Shown piece by piece: positions 10,021-21,402 of a DNA stretch of 64,000 nt. Under the pieces are notes generated by a model. It was given only the letters and a program-made list of their open reading frames with translations, had not been told where the DNA came from and did not search any database. Origin of the DNA: Trichosphaerium sp. ATCC 40318 (taxonomy: Eukaryota; Protista; Tubulinea). The DNA is taken from assembly GCA_038496445.1 (NCBI GenBank), contig JALMLS010000598.1:62001-126000 (forward strand), given 5' to 3'. How positions within the stretch are numbered: position 1 is the stretch's first letter; every line of letters begins with the position of its first letter. A program made the translations under genes and the position numbers.

Positions 10021-11298
10021 ATGAATAGCAGCAGTGCTAGTGACTCTGTATTTGAGCTCTGTGCCCTACCTGTAGAAACTATAGTTCATATCTTAAAGTG
10101 CGGCACGTTCACACTTCGTTCGGCTCAAACATGCCGTTTATTGCGAGATATCGTACATACTCATGTTGGATACAATGAAATCAAAGTCGATAGCTGGGGC
10201 ATGTTTAACTATCTTTCTACAAGCCCCTTGCTTCAAAATACGAGAATCTCTATGTGTGTCTTGCGACAAAGTTTGAAAAATAGGGACATTCACAAGCTCT
10301 CCGGTGTTCGCTCAATCGATTTGAGTTGTTGTACGGAAATAACAGATATTGGCATCAAAGCACTGGCTGGTGTACACAATATTGATTTGTCAGATACAAA
10401 AGTAACAGACTCAGGTTTAAGGGCATTGGTTGGTGTACACACAATACATCTGGTAGAGTGTGAAGGGATAACAGATAAGGGAATCTCAGCCTTGGTGGGT
10501 GTGCATGATATTGATTTATCGGATACAAAAGTAACAGATAAATGTGTTAAGAAATTTGCAGGTATACATACAATCGGCTTAGAGAGTTGTGGCATAACAG
10601 ATAAAAGTATCTCATCATTGGCAGGCGTGTACGAGATTAATTTATCAGACACAAGCGCGACTGATGAAGGTCTGCAGGCATTGTCTGGCGTCCATACTAT
10701 CAAATTATGTGATTGTCTGAAAATAACAGATAGGGGTATCAAGGCTTTGGCGGGTGTTCATTACATTGATTTATCTTGGACAAACGTGACTGGTGAAGGT
10801 CTGCAGGCGTTGTCTGGCGTCCATACTATCAAATTATGTGGTTGTAAGAAAATAACAAACAAAGGTATGAGAGCATTGGCTGGTGTGTACAAGATTGATA
10901 TATCACAGACAAATATAGATGATTCAGGTTTAAAGGCATTGGCTGGTGTACACACCATCAAATTACTTGACTGTATGTGGATAACAGATGTAGGCATCAA
11001 GGCTTTGGCGGGTGTGCATGCTATTAACATGTCTTTGTGTAAGTCAATAACTGACATTGGCATCAAAGCATTGGCAGGTGTACATACTATTAATTTATCA
11101 CACACACAGGTGACTGATGAAGGCCTTAAGGCTTTGTCAGGTGTACATACTATTGTGTTGAGATTTTGTAAACAAATAACGGACAAGGGTATCAAAGCAT
11201 TGGTGGGTGTACACGATATCAATGTATATGATACTCACATTACAAATGAATGTTTGAAGGCTTTGAAAGACAAAATACCCAAAATTGCAACTCTCTGA
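10021..11298 (+). CDS. Intronless F-box + LRR protein (21/22-aa GVHTIDLS..T.VTD.GIKALA repeats)
   Basis: N-terminal LCALPVETIVHILKC...SAQTCRLLRDIV is F-box-like, followed by about 15 regular repeats. The start could instead be the ATG at 9943. Confidence 0.85.
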   Translation: MNSSSASDSVFELCALPVETIVHILKCGTFTLRSAQTCRLLRDIVHTHVGYNEIKVDSWGMFNYLSTSPLLQNTRISMCVLRQSLKNRDIHKLSGVRSIDLSCCTEITDIGIKALAGVHNIDLSDTKVTDSGLRALVGVHTIHLVECEGITDKGISALVGVHDIDLSDTKVTDKCVKKFAGIHTIGLESCGITDKSISSLAGVYEINLSDTSATDEGLQALSGVHTIKLCDCLKITDRGIKALAGVHYIDLSWTNVTGEGLQALSGVHTIKLCGCKKITNKGMRALAGVYKIDISQTNIDDSGLKALAGVHTIKLLDCMWITDVGIKALAGVHAINMSLCKSITDIGIKALAGVHTINLSHTQVTDEGLKALSGVHTIVLRFCKQITDKGIKALVGVHDINVYDTHITNECLKALKDKIPKIATL

Positions 11299-11404
11299 AC
11301 TAAACATAAACTCAATAAACTTGTTTTTTCTACAAGTATCTTCCTTTAACAAGACAGCCTTTGTTTTGAATTAACATACTTAGAAACATGATAGAGTTAG
11401 TAAG

Positions 11405-11469
11405 ATGGCACTTGCTGAAGTGCGTATAAAACTTATCTTAAGTGCAATTATGTGACAGATGAAGGTATC
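11405..11469 (+). pseudogene. Decayed LRR repeat downstream of the LRR gene
   Basis: Reads MALAEVRI then, after a frameshift, YLKCNYVTDEGI. Confidence 0.5.
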
Positions 11470-11572
11470 ATCAAATGGAGTCATTTATTTATGTTTACAA
11501 GTTTTTATATTCAACTTGAAATTGCTTCAAAAATAACGTCATTGTAAGGAAGTTCCGAAGCAAATAACATCA

Positions 11573-12281
11573 TCATATACGTGTATCAACGTAAGGTTTT
11601 GCAGCTGGTATATGTTCAGCAATACAAATCAAACCCTCTTTGTTATCATTTTTCTTCATCATCTCGCAACTTTCTTCAAGAAAAAAACTGAAAGTAAACT
11701 CCTTCTCGTCAACCTTTTTTTTACTGGTTGACTCCCATAAACTTCTATCACGTGTAACATTCTTATAATCACCTCCGTAAAGGTGAATAGCAGAAGAAAC
11801 AGTACTCAAAGGATTACTTATAGAGTGAATTGCATCAACATCAAGTGATTGGACTTGTCCTGGTTTTAACTCTGTTGTAGCGATAACTTTTAATCCATCT
11901 TTAGACTCTTTGTATAATAATCCATCCTCTTGACCGCTTAGTTGACCCATACAAGCGAATAAAGTATGATTATGGATCGCACCTGTTTACGGATAAATTA
12001 GTTTGGCCGTTGGATAGTGTATTAGGTAGGCGGGACTTACTCTCGAACTTTGGAGGTATTCTTGCGTATAAAATTGTAAGATTAGAATCGTTGTACGCTG
12101 TAAGCTCTCCAATAGAAGCGCCAGGTGGTATTGACGCTTCCAAAGCTTGTTTAATTTGTTCTAAACCACATGTGTCCATTGTTTGTTTTAAACACTGCAA
12201 TGCTGCCTCTTGAGGGTTTTCAGATGCTTTCATCTTCGCAATACATGTATTGGCAAATCCGTTTATTGAAAACGTGCTCAT
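11573..12281 (-). CDS. Cysteine-dioxygenase-like cupin (thiol dioxygenase family), 2 exons
   Basis: Intron 11983-12040 (GTAAGT...AG) joins the two track ORFs. The product has SAIHNH (HxH), DAIHSISNP (third His) and SAIHLYGGD, a three-His cupin pattern. Confidence 0.8.
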
Positions 12282-12502
12282 AACGCAACGTTTCTTGTTT
12301 TAGCGTAGTGATTTGTAGCAGGGTTTAGTCAAATACAGTCTTCATGTCTTGTCGATTAGCAGTTATTGTCTTGCTGTACAGTTCTGACGTACAATGAACA
12401 AACTTTGATGCAGCTGGCAACTTAATTAACAGACGGAAACATTAAAGCTCTGACCTTTATGCATTTTACTGTCCATTCTCACACTTCTTTAATAACCTTC
12501 TA

Positions 12503-12565
12503 GGCAAACTATTGGCTAGTCACAATGGGTGGTATGAGAATGGATAGGTAAAGTTTGAATACTTT
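12503..12565 (+). pseudogene. Decayed MORN-variant repeat
   Basis: Reads GKLLASHNGWYENG*VKFEYF, matching the repeat in 37528-38633, with an in-frame stop. Confidence 0.5.
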
Positions 12566-12787
12566 TAGCTAGTTTATCATCAACAATAACTATTGGTGGA
12601 CGAAAATACATAAAGTCTGTTGACAAACACGTGTATTTTTACACTGTGTTTTCGTTTCAAGCAAAGCTAGCTGTGCTAATGTGGTTTATTTTTGATTACA
12701 TACATCTTAAAATACTTTTTTGAGCACTTACTGTTACTAGTGCGAATATGGAATTTGAGTGTAGTTGTTCATGTAAGAGATTTATGC

Positions 12788-13930
12788 TTAGCTTCCTCTG
12801 GGAGACACCGTCCACTCAAGTGTTGGATGATCGCTTATTACATACTGAGTGTGAATGTCTACACCTTCCTCACTGTTGTTGGGTTCCAAGGATGCCATAT
12901 ACAATCTTATAGTAAGGCCACTTTGTCCACTAGTTAGTGTATATCCCTTATAAACTGTAATTTCTGTACTAAGTGAAATCCATGAATTCTCTGGAATATG
13001 TTTCTGGGGTATATGTGTTATCACTTTTTCAAAGTTGATTTCATCATAGTCATCATGTGAAGAGTCCAAGATATCATGGAATTGGTCCTTATTTACAGAA
13101 AAAACAGTGTTAAGTCGGGTATGCTCATTTTGGGTCAAAAAATGTAAAAGAACAAGATCAATACTCTCTGGTATAAATACTGTATGTGGTTTTGCTTGTC
13201 GCATAAGGTTAATGAATATTGATACTTGTTGTTCTTTGTTCAATCCAGCTTGCATTGTTTCACTGATGAATATATCCACATTGTTATTCGAATCAAACTG
13301 ATACAAACTAGCGTCTACCATTAGTGTCTTGATATCGAAATCATCAAGACCCAAGGCACTTATCATATGTACCATCATCTCATAGGTTTGTGGGTTGAGT
13401 TCCATGAACGTGAAGCGTACTTGCGAAGGTGATAATCTTAAAATAGACGGAAGGATCAATGTTGCAAAAGGACCTGTACCAGCGTATACAATGTGAATTT
13501 GCTCCTTCGTAGAAGCTAGCATATCTTGTATTGCATGATAAACGCCTTGAGAGAATCTCTTCGTGCGAAGCATGTCATCTACGCACATTGCTGCCCATAG
13601 AGTACCTAGAGCTCTGCCGTTTTCTGTGTGAATATCTTCCCTAAGCTCGGTTGTGTCTAGATTCGTTTGGATAATTTCTTCAAGTTGTTGTTTGTAGTCC
13701 TTTATTGCTTTGGTCAGGTCAGGGTAGTGTATTTCTTCACGCAGTAGCACTTCTGTTGTAGTTAGCAACGACTGGCGTAATTTTGCCACAGACGTTTTGT
13801 CGTGTTCTTTTAATGTTGGTAACGCACTATTGTGCGTAGTAGAAGGTATTTCTTCTACAAACGTAACCCCAAGCGCCCCGAAGTAGCAAACACATAGCCA
13901 AATAACTAGAAAGTATCTCATAGGCCACAT
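12788..13930 (-). CDS. Intronless class I SAM-dependent methyltransferase-like protein with predicted signal peptide
   Basis: Motif I HIVYAGTGPF, acidic motif II FTFMELNP, VDA and DIFISETM (PRMT-like IISE motif), plus DDMLRT upstream. The N-terminus MRYFLVIWLCVCYFGALG looks like a signal peptide. Confidence 0.75.
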   Translation of the reverse strand: MWPMRYFLVIWLCVCYFGALGVTFVEEIPSTTHNSALPTLKEHDKTSVAKLRQSLLTTTEVLLREEIHYPDLTKAIKDYKQQLEEIIQTNLDTTELREDIHTENGRALGTLWAAMCVDDMLRTKRFSQGVYHAIQDMLASTKEQIHIVYAGTGPFATLILPSILRLSPSQVRFTFMELNPQTYEMMVHMISALGLDDFDIKTLMVDASLYQFDSNNNVDIFISETMQAGLNKEQQVSIFINLMRQAKPHTVFIPESIDLVLLHFLTQNEHTRLNTVFSVNKDQFHDILDSSHDDYDEINFEKVITHIPQKHIPENSWISLSTEITVYKGYTLTSGQSGLTIRLYMASLEPNNSEEGVDIHTQYVISDHPTLEWTVSPRGS

Positions 13931-14266
13931 AGATACTAGGTATTGCGGTGCAAGTGTTGGTGATGTATCGTATTGTATTGTGGCACTTCTTGACTTAAAC
14001 AAGGGCTAAACGCTCAGTAAAGCGAGGATGGGCGAATAAATAAGCTAACTAGGCGAAGGAACAACTGAAAAAAACAAACACCGCACAAAAATAAACTTGT
14101 TAACCTTACGTCTTACAGTGTACAAAAATAAAGTCTGTACGGAGCTTTTAGACATACCTAATTTGAAACGAATGGTATTCAACAAAAATTATTCTACTTA
14201 ACCGCTCTCCCTTAGTTCCAAAAGCTAGAATACTACAAACCCAACAACACCTCCTAATACATCACT

Positions 14267-14855
14267 ATGAACGATTTATGGCTTAAATACAAGAGTACGT
14301 TATAGTTTCGCTCAAACAGAATTCCACCAACGAACTTTTTAGCTCTTGCTGAAGCAGGTATCGAATTCGAAGCGGAGACAACACAAGACCCTAAAGAACT
14401 AAAGTACGCTGCGATTGATAGAAAAAAAAAGTGAGCGAAAACTTACGACCTTTGTAGATTGACATTATCGGTCCAAAATAGCGCTGTAGGAAGTCCAGGA
14501 GAAGACATTATCCAAGCATGGTACGGAAGACCTGAAAAACTTTTTTTGAACCAAAAATCGACCACGTCTTTGAAAAAAATATCTAATACGTTGTAGGTTC
14601 AAAGTAGGCAAAGACGAGCCTTTAAAAATGGCAAAAGAGCTGCTGTCAAATTTAGAACTCCCTCACGGATACGCAGAAGCTATATCTCATAAGATTACTA
14701 CAGCTGTACCTATGGATACAATACAAATTGCTCCTGAGGCCGCAGCGTGCGTTAGTGCTTAAAAAAAACCCCAAAAACATGAAAAGTTTAATCGCTCGCT
14801 TACATTATACTTTTCCAGCACTAAAGCGCAAAAAGACGCTATTGTACATAACTGA
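14267..14855 (+). CDS. Small 5-exon protein (about 110 aa), weak similarity to the WNK/OSR1 CCT-like domain
   Basis: Four GT-AG introns give a continuous frame: MNDLWLKYKTLAEAG...LKLTLSV...IQAWFKVGKDEPLKMAKELLSNLELPHGYAEAISHKI...IVHN*. Confidence 0.65.
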
Positions 14856-15472
14856 GAGCCCATTATATTGGTTATTTCTGTGTATTGTTGTGAATAAACA
14901 AAAAAACCTTGTATATTAATCCAGGGAGTTCGTTTTATTCGAAAACCTATGAAGCTACGCAGTGCGTGTCACTAGCAGTTGACCGATTAATAGCGCACTA
15001 AGAATTTTTCAAACGTTAACGGACAGCTACAAATAGAAATATGTCGTTGATTGACGTTAAATTGTTGTGTAGAGTTGGTTTTACTTGTTTGAGAAACGAT
15101 TTATCGCCGGGAAACCTGAATTTGATACACAATAAAAAATATATAAACACCATCTAGACGTACGTCAAACGATACATAGATACAATACAAACACTAACAA
15201 CGCGAAAATAGTTCTGTATTTCTAGGTTTTGTACAAACCAAGAATTAACGTACAGACAACATTTACTGCTCTCTCCGACGCCTACTAAACCCTGTATCCG
15301 TTCATCTTATTGCGTTGTTCAATAATGGGACCTTGTATCGTGTTTACATGCTTCAGAACCGAGACTTTTATTGGAACTGTAAACCACACTTTTTTGTTTG
15401 TAAAGGCTGCATCTTCAAAATACAACATGCTGAAAAAAGATCCCAGGATGCAAATCAGAGCTTGTGCTTCTT

Positions 15473-15544
15473 CGTCTAATAATGTAGCGGTTATCATAAT
15501 TGAATTTGGCTCAATATATGTGGGTTCGATTCCCACTTAGAAAC
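15473..15544 (+). tRNA. tRNA-Gln(TTG)-like gene with mismatched acceptor positions 1-2 (functional, edited or pseudo)
   Basis: D arm ATG-TAGCGGTTAT-CAT; anticodon stem ATTGA/TCAAT with loop ATTTGGC (TTG); 4-nt variable loop; T arm GTGGG-TTCGATT-CCCAC; acceptor CGTCTAA/TTAGAAA. A T-run lies about 25 nt downstream. Confidence 0.75.
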
Positions 15545-15678
15545 TCTCCTGCGCTGCTCGCAATCATCTTTTTTTTTCTCCTTTTTTTGATGGAAGTAAA
15601 AATCTAAACTCAACAGCGCTCCAACATGTGCTACAATGTGAACGAAAACAGTGGCGTAGGCCCAGCATACAACATAGA

Positions 15679-18600
15679 TTAATTATATGTCGTAGAGTGT
15701 CCCAAAAATGCTAATACTTGTTGTAGATGTTTCTTTTTCAAAATAACTTGCCAGTGCACATTTATATAACAACATGCTAGTTTATTTTTATTTTGTTGGT
15801 GCAAGTGCATACGTATAGATATTACAGATCCACAAATGGTTACATATATAAACTGTACTCTGAGAGCAATAAAATTTGAAGTTTTTCATGTACAATGATC
15901 TATTCTTGCTCAATCACGTTACTGCTGTGCAAAAGAGCCCAGGAAATTCACCATTTCCAGTAGTATCCTTTAAATTTAATGTAAGTATCAGACAACATTG
16001 TTTAGTATGAAAGGACGTACTGTTGCTTATTTGTATTCTCAAGCATTTCGACAACTATCCCGGGAACATTTTCTTCCAAAAGAGCAAGTTTAAATTGAGC
16101 TAGGAATACATAAGTAACAACCTAGCAGCGGGATGGATATAAACTAGTACGTACGATCTGAAACAAGACTATTAAATAATCTCATGGCACCTAAGAATAC
16201 CATTAAAAAACTGGTGGACTGACTAAGAAAAAAACCGGAAAATCTCATGGCAGAAAACTGTAGAAACAGGGTGGTTTGTTACCTAATGCAATATCCGTGT
16301 TCCGGCGATGAGTTGTGAAAATCTTGACACAGTTGAATATAAATAAAGGATAACCAGAATCTAGAGATCCGCCTATTTTGAAGAACATAAGAAGAGTTTT
16401 TTCAACTTGCCGCAGAATTAAAAACGAGAAAAAGCATAAAATGTTTTTAAATAATCTTCTTACCAGCACTTTGTAATACGCCCATTATTTCAAGAACACA
16501 ACCAATAGCTTTATTACAGCTCTCATCGAATTTCTTTACTCTCAATCCATACTCTATCAAAGTATGAAGTAATACTTTGGTACCTGAAAACAAACAAAAT
16601 TAATAACCGTTAAAAATATAAAACACATGGAATAAAGCACTGTTTTAAATAGTTAGTAATCATAGCTAATATGAGCATAAATGTAATCCAAGAACAGCAA
16701 AATCATTGAGAGCTTTTGGAGAAAGAAAAAACAAGTCGAAAGTGATTTTTTGCGTTCGTTTGATGCTAACCTGTGTGTTCGCTGAGAGTGATAATGTAAT
16801 CTGTCTTATCACCAACCATTACTTTTAATGAGTGTAAAAGCTTGTATACAGTTTCCATAGGAATAGGATTTTCCTCGCTTCTAACAACCGCCTGGTCAAT
16901 CAATCCATATATCATTTTATCCTTTTCACTTCCAGTTATTTTCAATGCTATCAGAAGGTTAAAAATTAAAAGTTAACTATTGACTATATACGCTTTATGG
17001 CAATAAAGATATAACCATAATTTTACTACATCAGCTTGTTGAAAGGAAAAAATTAACGAAAAAAAACCCATCATTAAATAGAATATATTGAGGAACAAAC
17101 TTGCTTGTTTTGACGTACTCTGTAAAATCAATACAAAAAAGTCCAGTGCCGGGAATAATAATGCTATAGGACAATCTTGGTCTTGTATTACTTCATCACA
17201 ACTTTTTAGGGCAAGAGCGGTGAGTTTACTATCTAACTGCTTTCTCACTTTATTCTCAAAGTTAGCATAAAAAAACCCGGTTGTCGGCGTACTCCTTTTC
17301 TTTAGTTTTGTCATACATACAAAGCAACGTGATCTAAGTTCTGAACTCTTTATCTTATCCAAGAATATCAAGCAAAGACATATTTTACCAGTGATAAACG
17401 TATCATATTTAATATGCCCTAAAATATCTTGTACTAGTAATTTATCTTTTCCTGTAACCGAACTCTCAACAAGAGCTGCTCCAGTATCTAAATCAAAGTG
17501 AGTGGTAAATAAGGTAATACAGGGAATAATCAAAGATCACATAATAGACGTAAGTTAAAATCTTGGCACTAAAGGTAATAGCTCAAAGTAATAAGTTTTT
17601 TGAAGAAAATTAAGCAACAAAAAACGAGCTTTCTCTTTTTGGTGTTGCTATCAAGATGACTTTTTATAAAAACACGATTGGCTGGTACCATCCGATTCAA
17701 TTATTCTTGCCAAAATATCAAACCCTCGTGAGCATAGGTATTCATACAAGTCATTAACTAAACCTAATTGCCTCTTTTCTTCTGAGAAATCAATCTTGAG
17801 TTCATCTTTCTGATGTATAACTGCCTTTAACTCTGTATATTTATCATAGTACTTATGCAACATATTGAAAACAACATATACAATATCTTTGTTGGTTTCT
17901 ACTCCATTAATTAGCATCACGTGACATGAACACTAAGTAGCTCTTCGAAAAGCAAAAATTAACAGGAAACGCACGGAAAGATGGTAAGCTTGCTAATAAA
18001 CGTGTTCCTTCTTTAGCAACTCTAATACTAGCTTCTCTTGAATCCAAATCACTCAAAACTTGTACAATGGTGTCATGTAATAACTTGGAAAAAGTTTGAA
18101 GGTCACCAATGTTGTTATCTATTTGAGAATTAAATCTGTAGTCAATTTCATTTGTATTTACTCACTTTCTGCGGTGCTTGCCATGAATGCTAAGCAGTCT
18201 GATATTGCCTCAGGATTACCCATCATAACGCCCATGGAGTCAATGACAACAGGCATATGTTTATCATAGACTAGTTTAACACACTCTGAAGAGCAAAAGT
18301 TAACTATAAAGTTGAACCACACCAAACACAAAACGTACGATCTGATAGCTTAGCTAATCCTTTGAAGTAACTAGATACTACTTGTTGGTAACCCAACTGT
18401 TTCTTTACGTAATTAGATAGCGTGCTATCTCCATCGTTTTCTCTAGAAGGAGGTATTTAGAACAACTCAAAAAAAAAAAGAGAAAACGTACAACCAAGTT
18501 TTTAAACAGTTTTTGTCCTAGATCGTTTAATGTTAGGATTCCATCAAGATCAATATTAGCTGTATCACTATACCTCAATTAAATGCATTAAAGCATCCAA

Positions 18601-21179
18601 TATTTCACACGTTGATTCAGGATTAGTGCTCTTCATAAGTAAATCGAAACACATGTGGACAGGCTATAATTGAAATTAGTAACAATCGCCTTGGAAATAA
18701 TAAAATTTTTTTTCTTGAACGCACATTGTATGTCTGTAATTGGCTTCCTGATTTTACTACAGTTTTTGTTGAGTGTTAGTGCTATTTGTTGTATACTAGA
18801 CTTACCTCCTTGACATATTAAAACAAAGATTTTGACACATGTTTCTCTCAGCGAAACATCTTGTGGAACCACAGAACCTTTAGATATTGAATCTATAATG
18901 ATTTGCATTGTACTAAAAAGAAATCAACCTACACGATAACCACAATGGATTTCAATGTGTTAGGTATACTTACACTTCTGATCTTAGTATTTTATGATTT
19001 TTACGGAATGCCTGTCGAACCAAAACCTCAAGAGCTACCTTGAAATAAGAAAAGTAAATACGAGTTGGTATAAACTCAATACCTTTACTACTTCATTATC
19101 TTCATGACGTTTCTCAATAATATCCAAAATAACGCTAATAGAGTTTAAATTACCGCCTAAGTAATCTCAAAGTTAGCCAAGTAACCAAGTATGTGTGGTG
19201 GAAGAGTATAGGAAAACAAGAAAAAACTAAGAAAATAAAAAATAACAAACCTATGTTTTTGAGTGCACGTAATGAAGCCAACTCAAATACACGATTACTA
19301 GAAAAAATTTAGTTGTGTTGCGATATCATATTAACTCAGATGGCGTACGTATGTGCTTTACTCGCAAGCACATTCAAAATACTTTGTTGAGCAGAGTTGG
19401 CCTTCAAAACTTTATTGAATCTAAAGTAGTCTTAGGAGATAATGCCTGTAAAGATCCTTAAGGTTGTGTACGGTTTCGGCTTAGCATATATATATTCTTG
19501 CTGATCAACAGCTTTCTTAAGAAACCCAGATTTTGGTGTTGTTTTACTAGTGAACAACAAAGCTAGATAGACGAGTTTAACAAATGACTACTCTTGTGAA
19601 TTCAAGATTTTACCTTTTTTATATTGCACTGCCTCGCTAGTTTGCTTGAAGTTACCTCCAACACCCTCCTCTGTCATTTCAACATCAAAAAAGCATCTTC
19701 CTTGTATCTTGCCTTTGTCTATTCAAGAAAAAAAAATTAATGCTTTCAAGCAATGTGTGCAACCTTGTGAGTTACCTAATATGTCATGAACTTGATGCTT
19801 TGCTCCTGAAGCAATAGAAGATATTGGTATCTTTACTTTTCCTATAAAGTCATCCTTGTCCATCTAAATCGAAAATAAGCAACCAAATAAAGTTGTAATA
19901 TAGTGGGTTTTTTTTTCACTTACTTTGTCTTTGTCCCACACTGTAAGCTGCAACATTCTCATATGTAGAGATATAAGACCATCGTTGAGCTTATATATAT
20001 AAGTGAAAGCCTTTTGGAACTTGAATACAGGATTCAACGCTATATCAGAGTCAGTATGATTTCAGAAAAGGCAGTTTGTTTAAGGAAAAACTGTACTCTT
20101 ATAGATAGTCTCTGTTTGAAAACTTTTATTATCGAACTCTATTTTAACATATGGATCAGACAATCCATTACTGTCCATAGCAGGTATATCACGAAGTCTA
20201 ATATTGGATATCTTTACATTAAACTTCACTATGCTTTGAACAGGCGGTGGAATACCATCTAGAAAAGAATATAAGAAATAAACACCAAATCAAACTTTTA
20301 ACAAGACTTTCAATACAGAGCACGTGACTCGGTGTTCAATAGCCCAAAATCAATTCATAGCAAATATCTAATGTATTTAGTACCTGGGTCATCGAGTTCG
20401 CTATTTGTCTTTGACCTCTTACGTCTGAAGAGTGATGTAGATTTTTGTGGAACATGTAAAGTTGATGCTTCAGCTGTAACATTTTTCAAGATTTGAGCGG
20501 CTAAACAATAAAGAGTTACTCTAAAAATCATATGATGGCATTAACACGTACCTGTAGAGTGTGGTGGCGGATCAAACTCGAACTGAATCAATAATGTGCC
20601 TGTATGAATATTCTGAAGAGTAAACCACTTGCTATCGACTCCCTACGCGTAGAATAAGCGTTTGGAAGTACTCAAAGCTGAAAACTACAAAAGAAAAAGA
20701 AAAACCACTTTACCTCAATTAATAAATCGCTCAACGTCTTCATAGGTATCATGATATCACCCATAAAATCGTCTCTTCCAATCTAGGGTCACAATTTAAA
20801 AAAAACTTTCCATTTCTCTCGTGATTTTCCGTACTCTGTCTTTATCATACATTTTAAGGCTTAGTGTATCATTTTCTTGTACTCTCTCGCTACAGACAGT
20901 CAGTTATGTAACAAAACGCTGTCAAAAACACTTACAACTCAAATTTTTCCTTCCAGGATGGTGACAGAGTCTTTTTTATGACTTTTGTTTTCAATGTGTG
21001 GTGTTTTACAGTTTTGGAGCGAACAGTGAGCTTTACGTAAGGATCAGATGATACTCCTTTATCCATAGCAGCAACATCCTTCGCTTTCTCAACTACAACG
21101 GGTTGTACGTGTCAATTAAAAAAATATATTAACGCATATTGCTTTAAAACATACTTGTAAGCTTTAGCTTGAATGCCAT
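15679..21179 (-). CDS. Multi-exon protein with two C2 domains followed by ARM/HEAT-like helical repeats
   Basis: First C2: MAFKLKLT..EKAKDVAAMDKGVSSDPYVKL...KTKVIKKTLSPSWKEKF. Second C2: DIPAMDSNGLSDPYVKI...LTVWDKDK..DDFIG. A Leu-rich helical region follows, with a likely end KCALAILAFLGHSTTYN*; the 3' end is less certain. Confidence 0.75.
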
Positions 21180-21402
21180 GGTGTAATGATCGGTTAAATA
21201 ATAAATTTAACGCTTTGAAACGCTTACTTAATACAAAACCCATCCCGTCTCGTAATCTGTTATCTGAACTAACCTATATTGTGTAGTACACCGGGTTACG
21301 GGTGTCAAACCCGAAGTGGATGGTTTCGATGAATTACCCTCATCCCATTTTATGTCCTTAAAACGACGTATATTTGATGCCCAAAAGGTCGCAAGGTAAC
21401 TT

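Noticed and set aside
2636-11222. Numerous antisense or overlapping ORFs within the retroelement and the LRR gene
   Set aside because: These are shadow ORFs from codon bias and repeat periodicity, with no motifs.
15285-15540. ORF-track ORFs on both strands, including as last exon of the C2-ARM gene
   Set aside because: No in-phase splice path was found from the upstream exons, and both ORFs overlap the tRNA-like cloverleaf. A small gene at about 14950-15450 cannot be excluded.
21290-21350. SECIS element or hammerhead ribozyme on the minus strand (ATGA...AAA...TGA; GATGA...GAAAC)
   Set aside because: SECIS helix II does not pair, the hammerhead CTGA core is missing, and no internal in-frame TGA was needed in the EEP gene.
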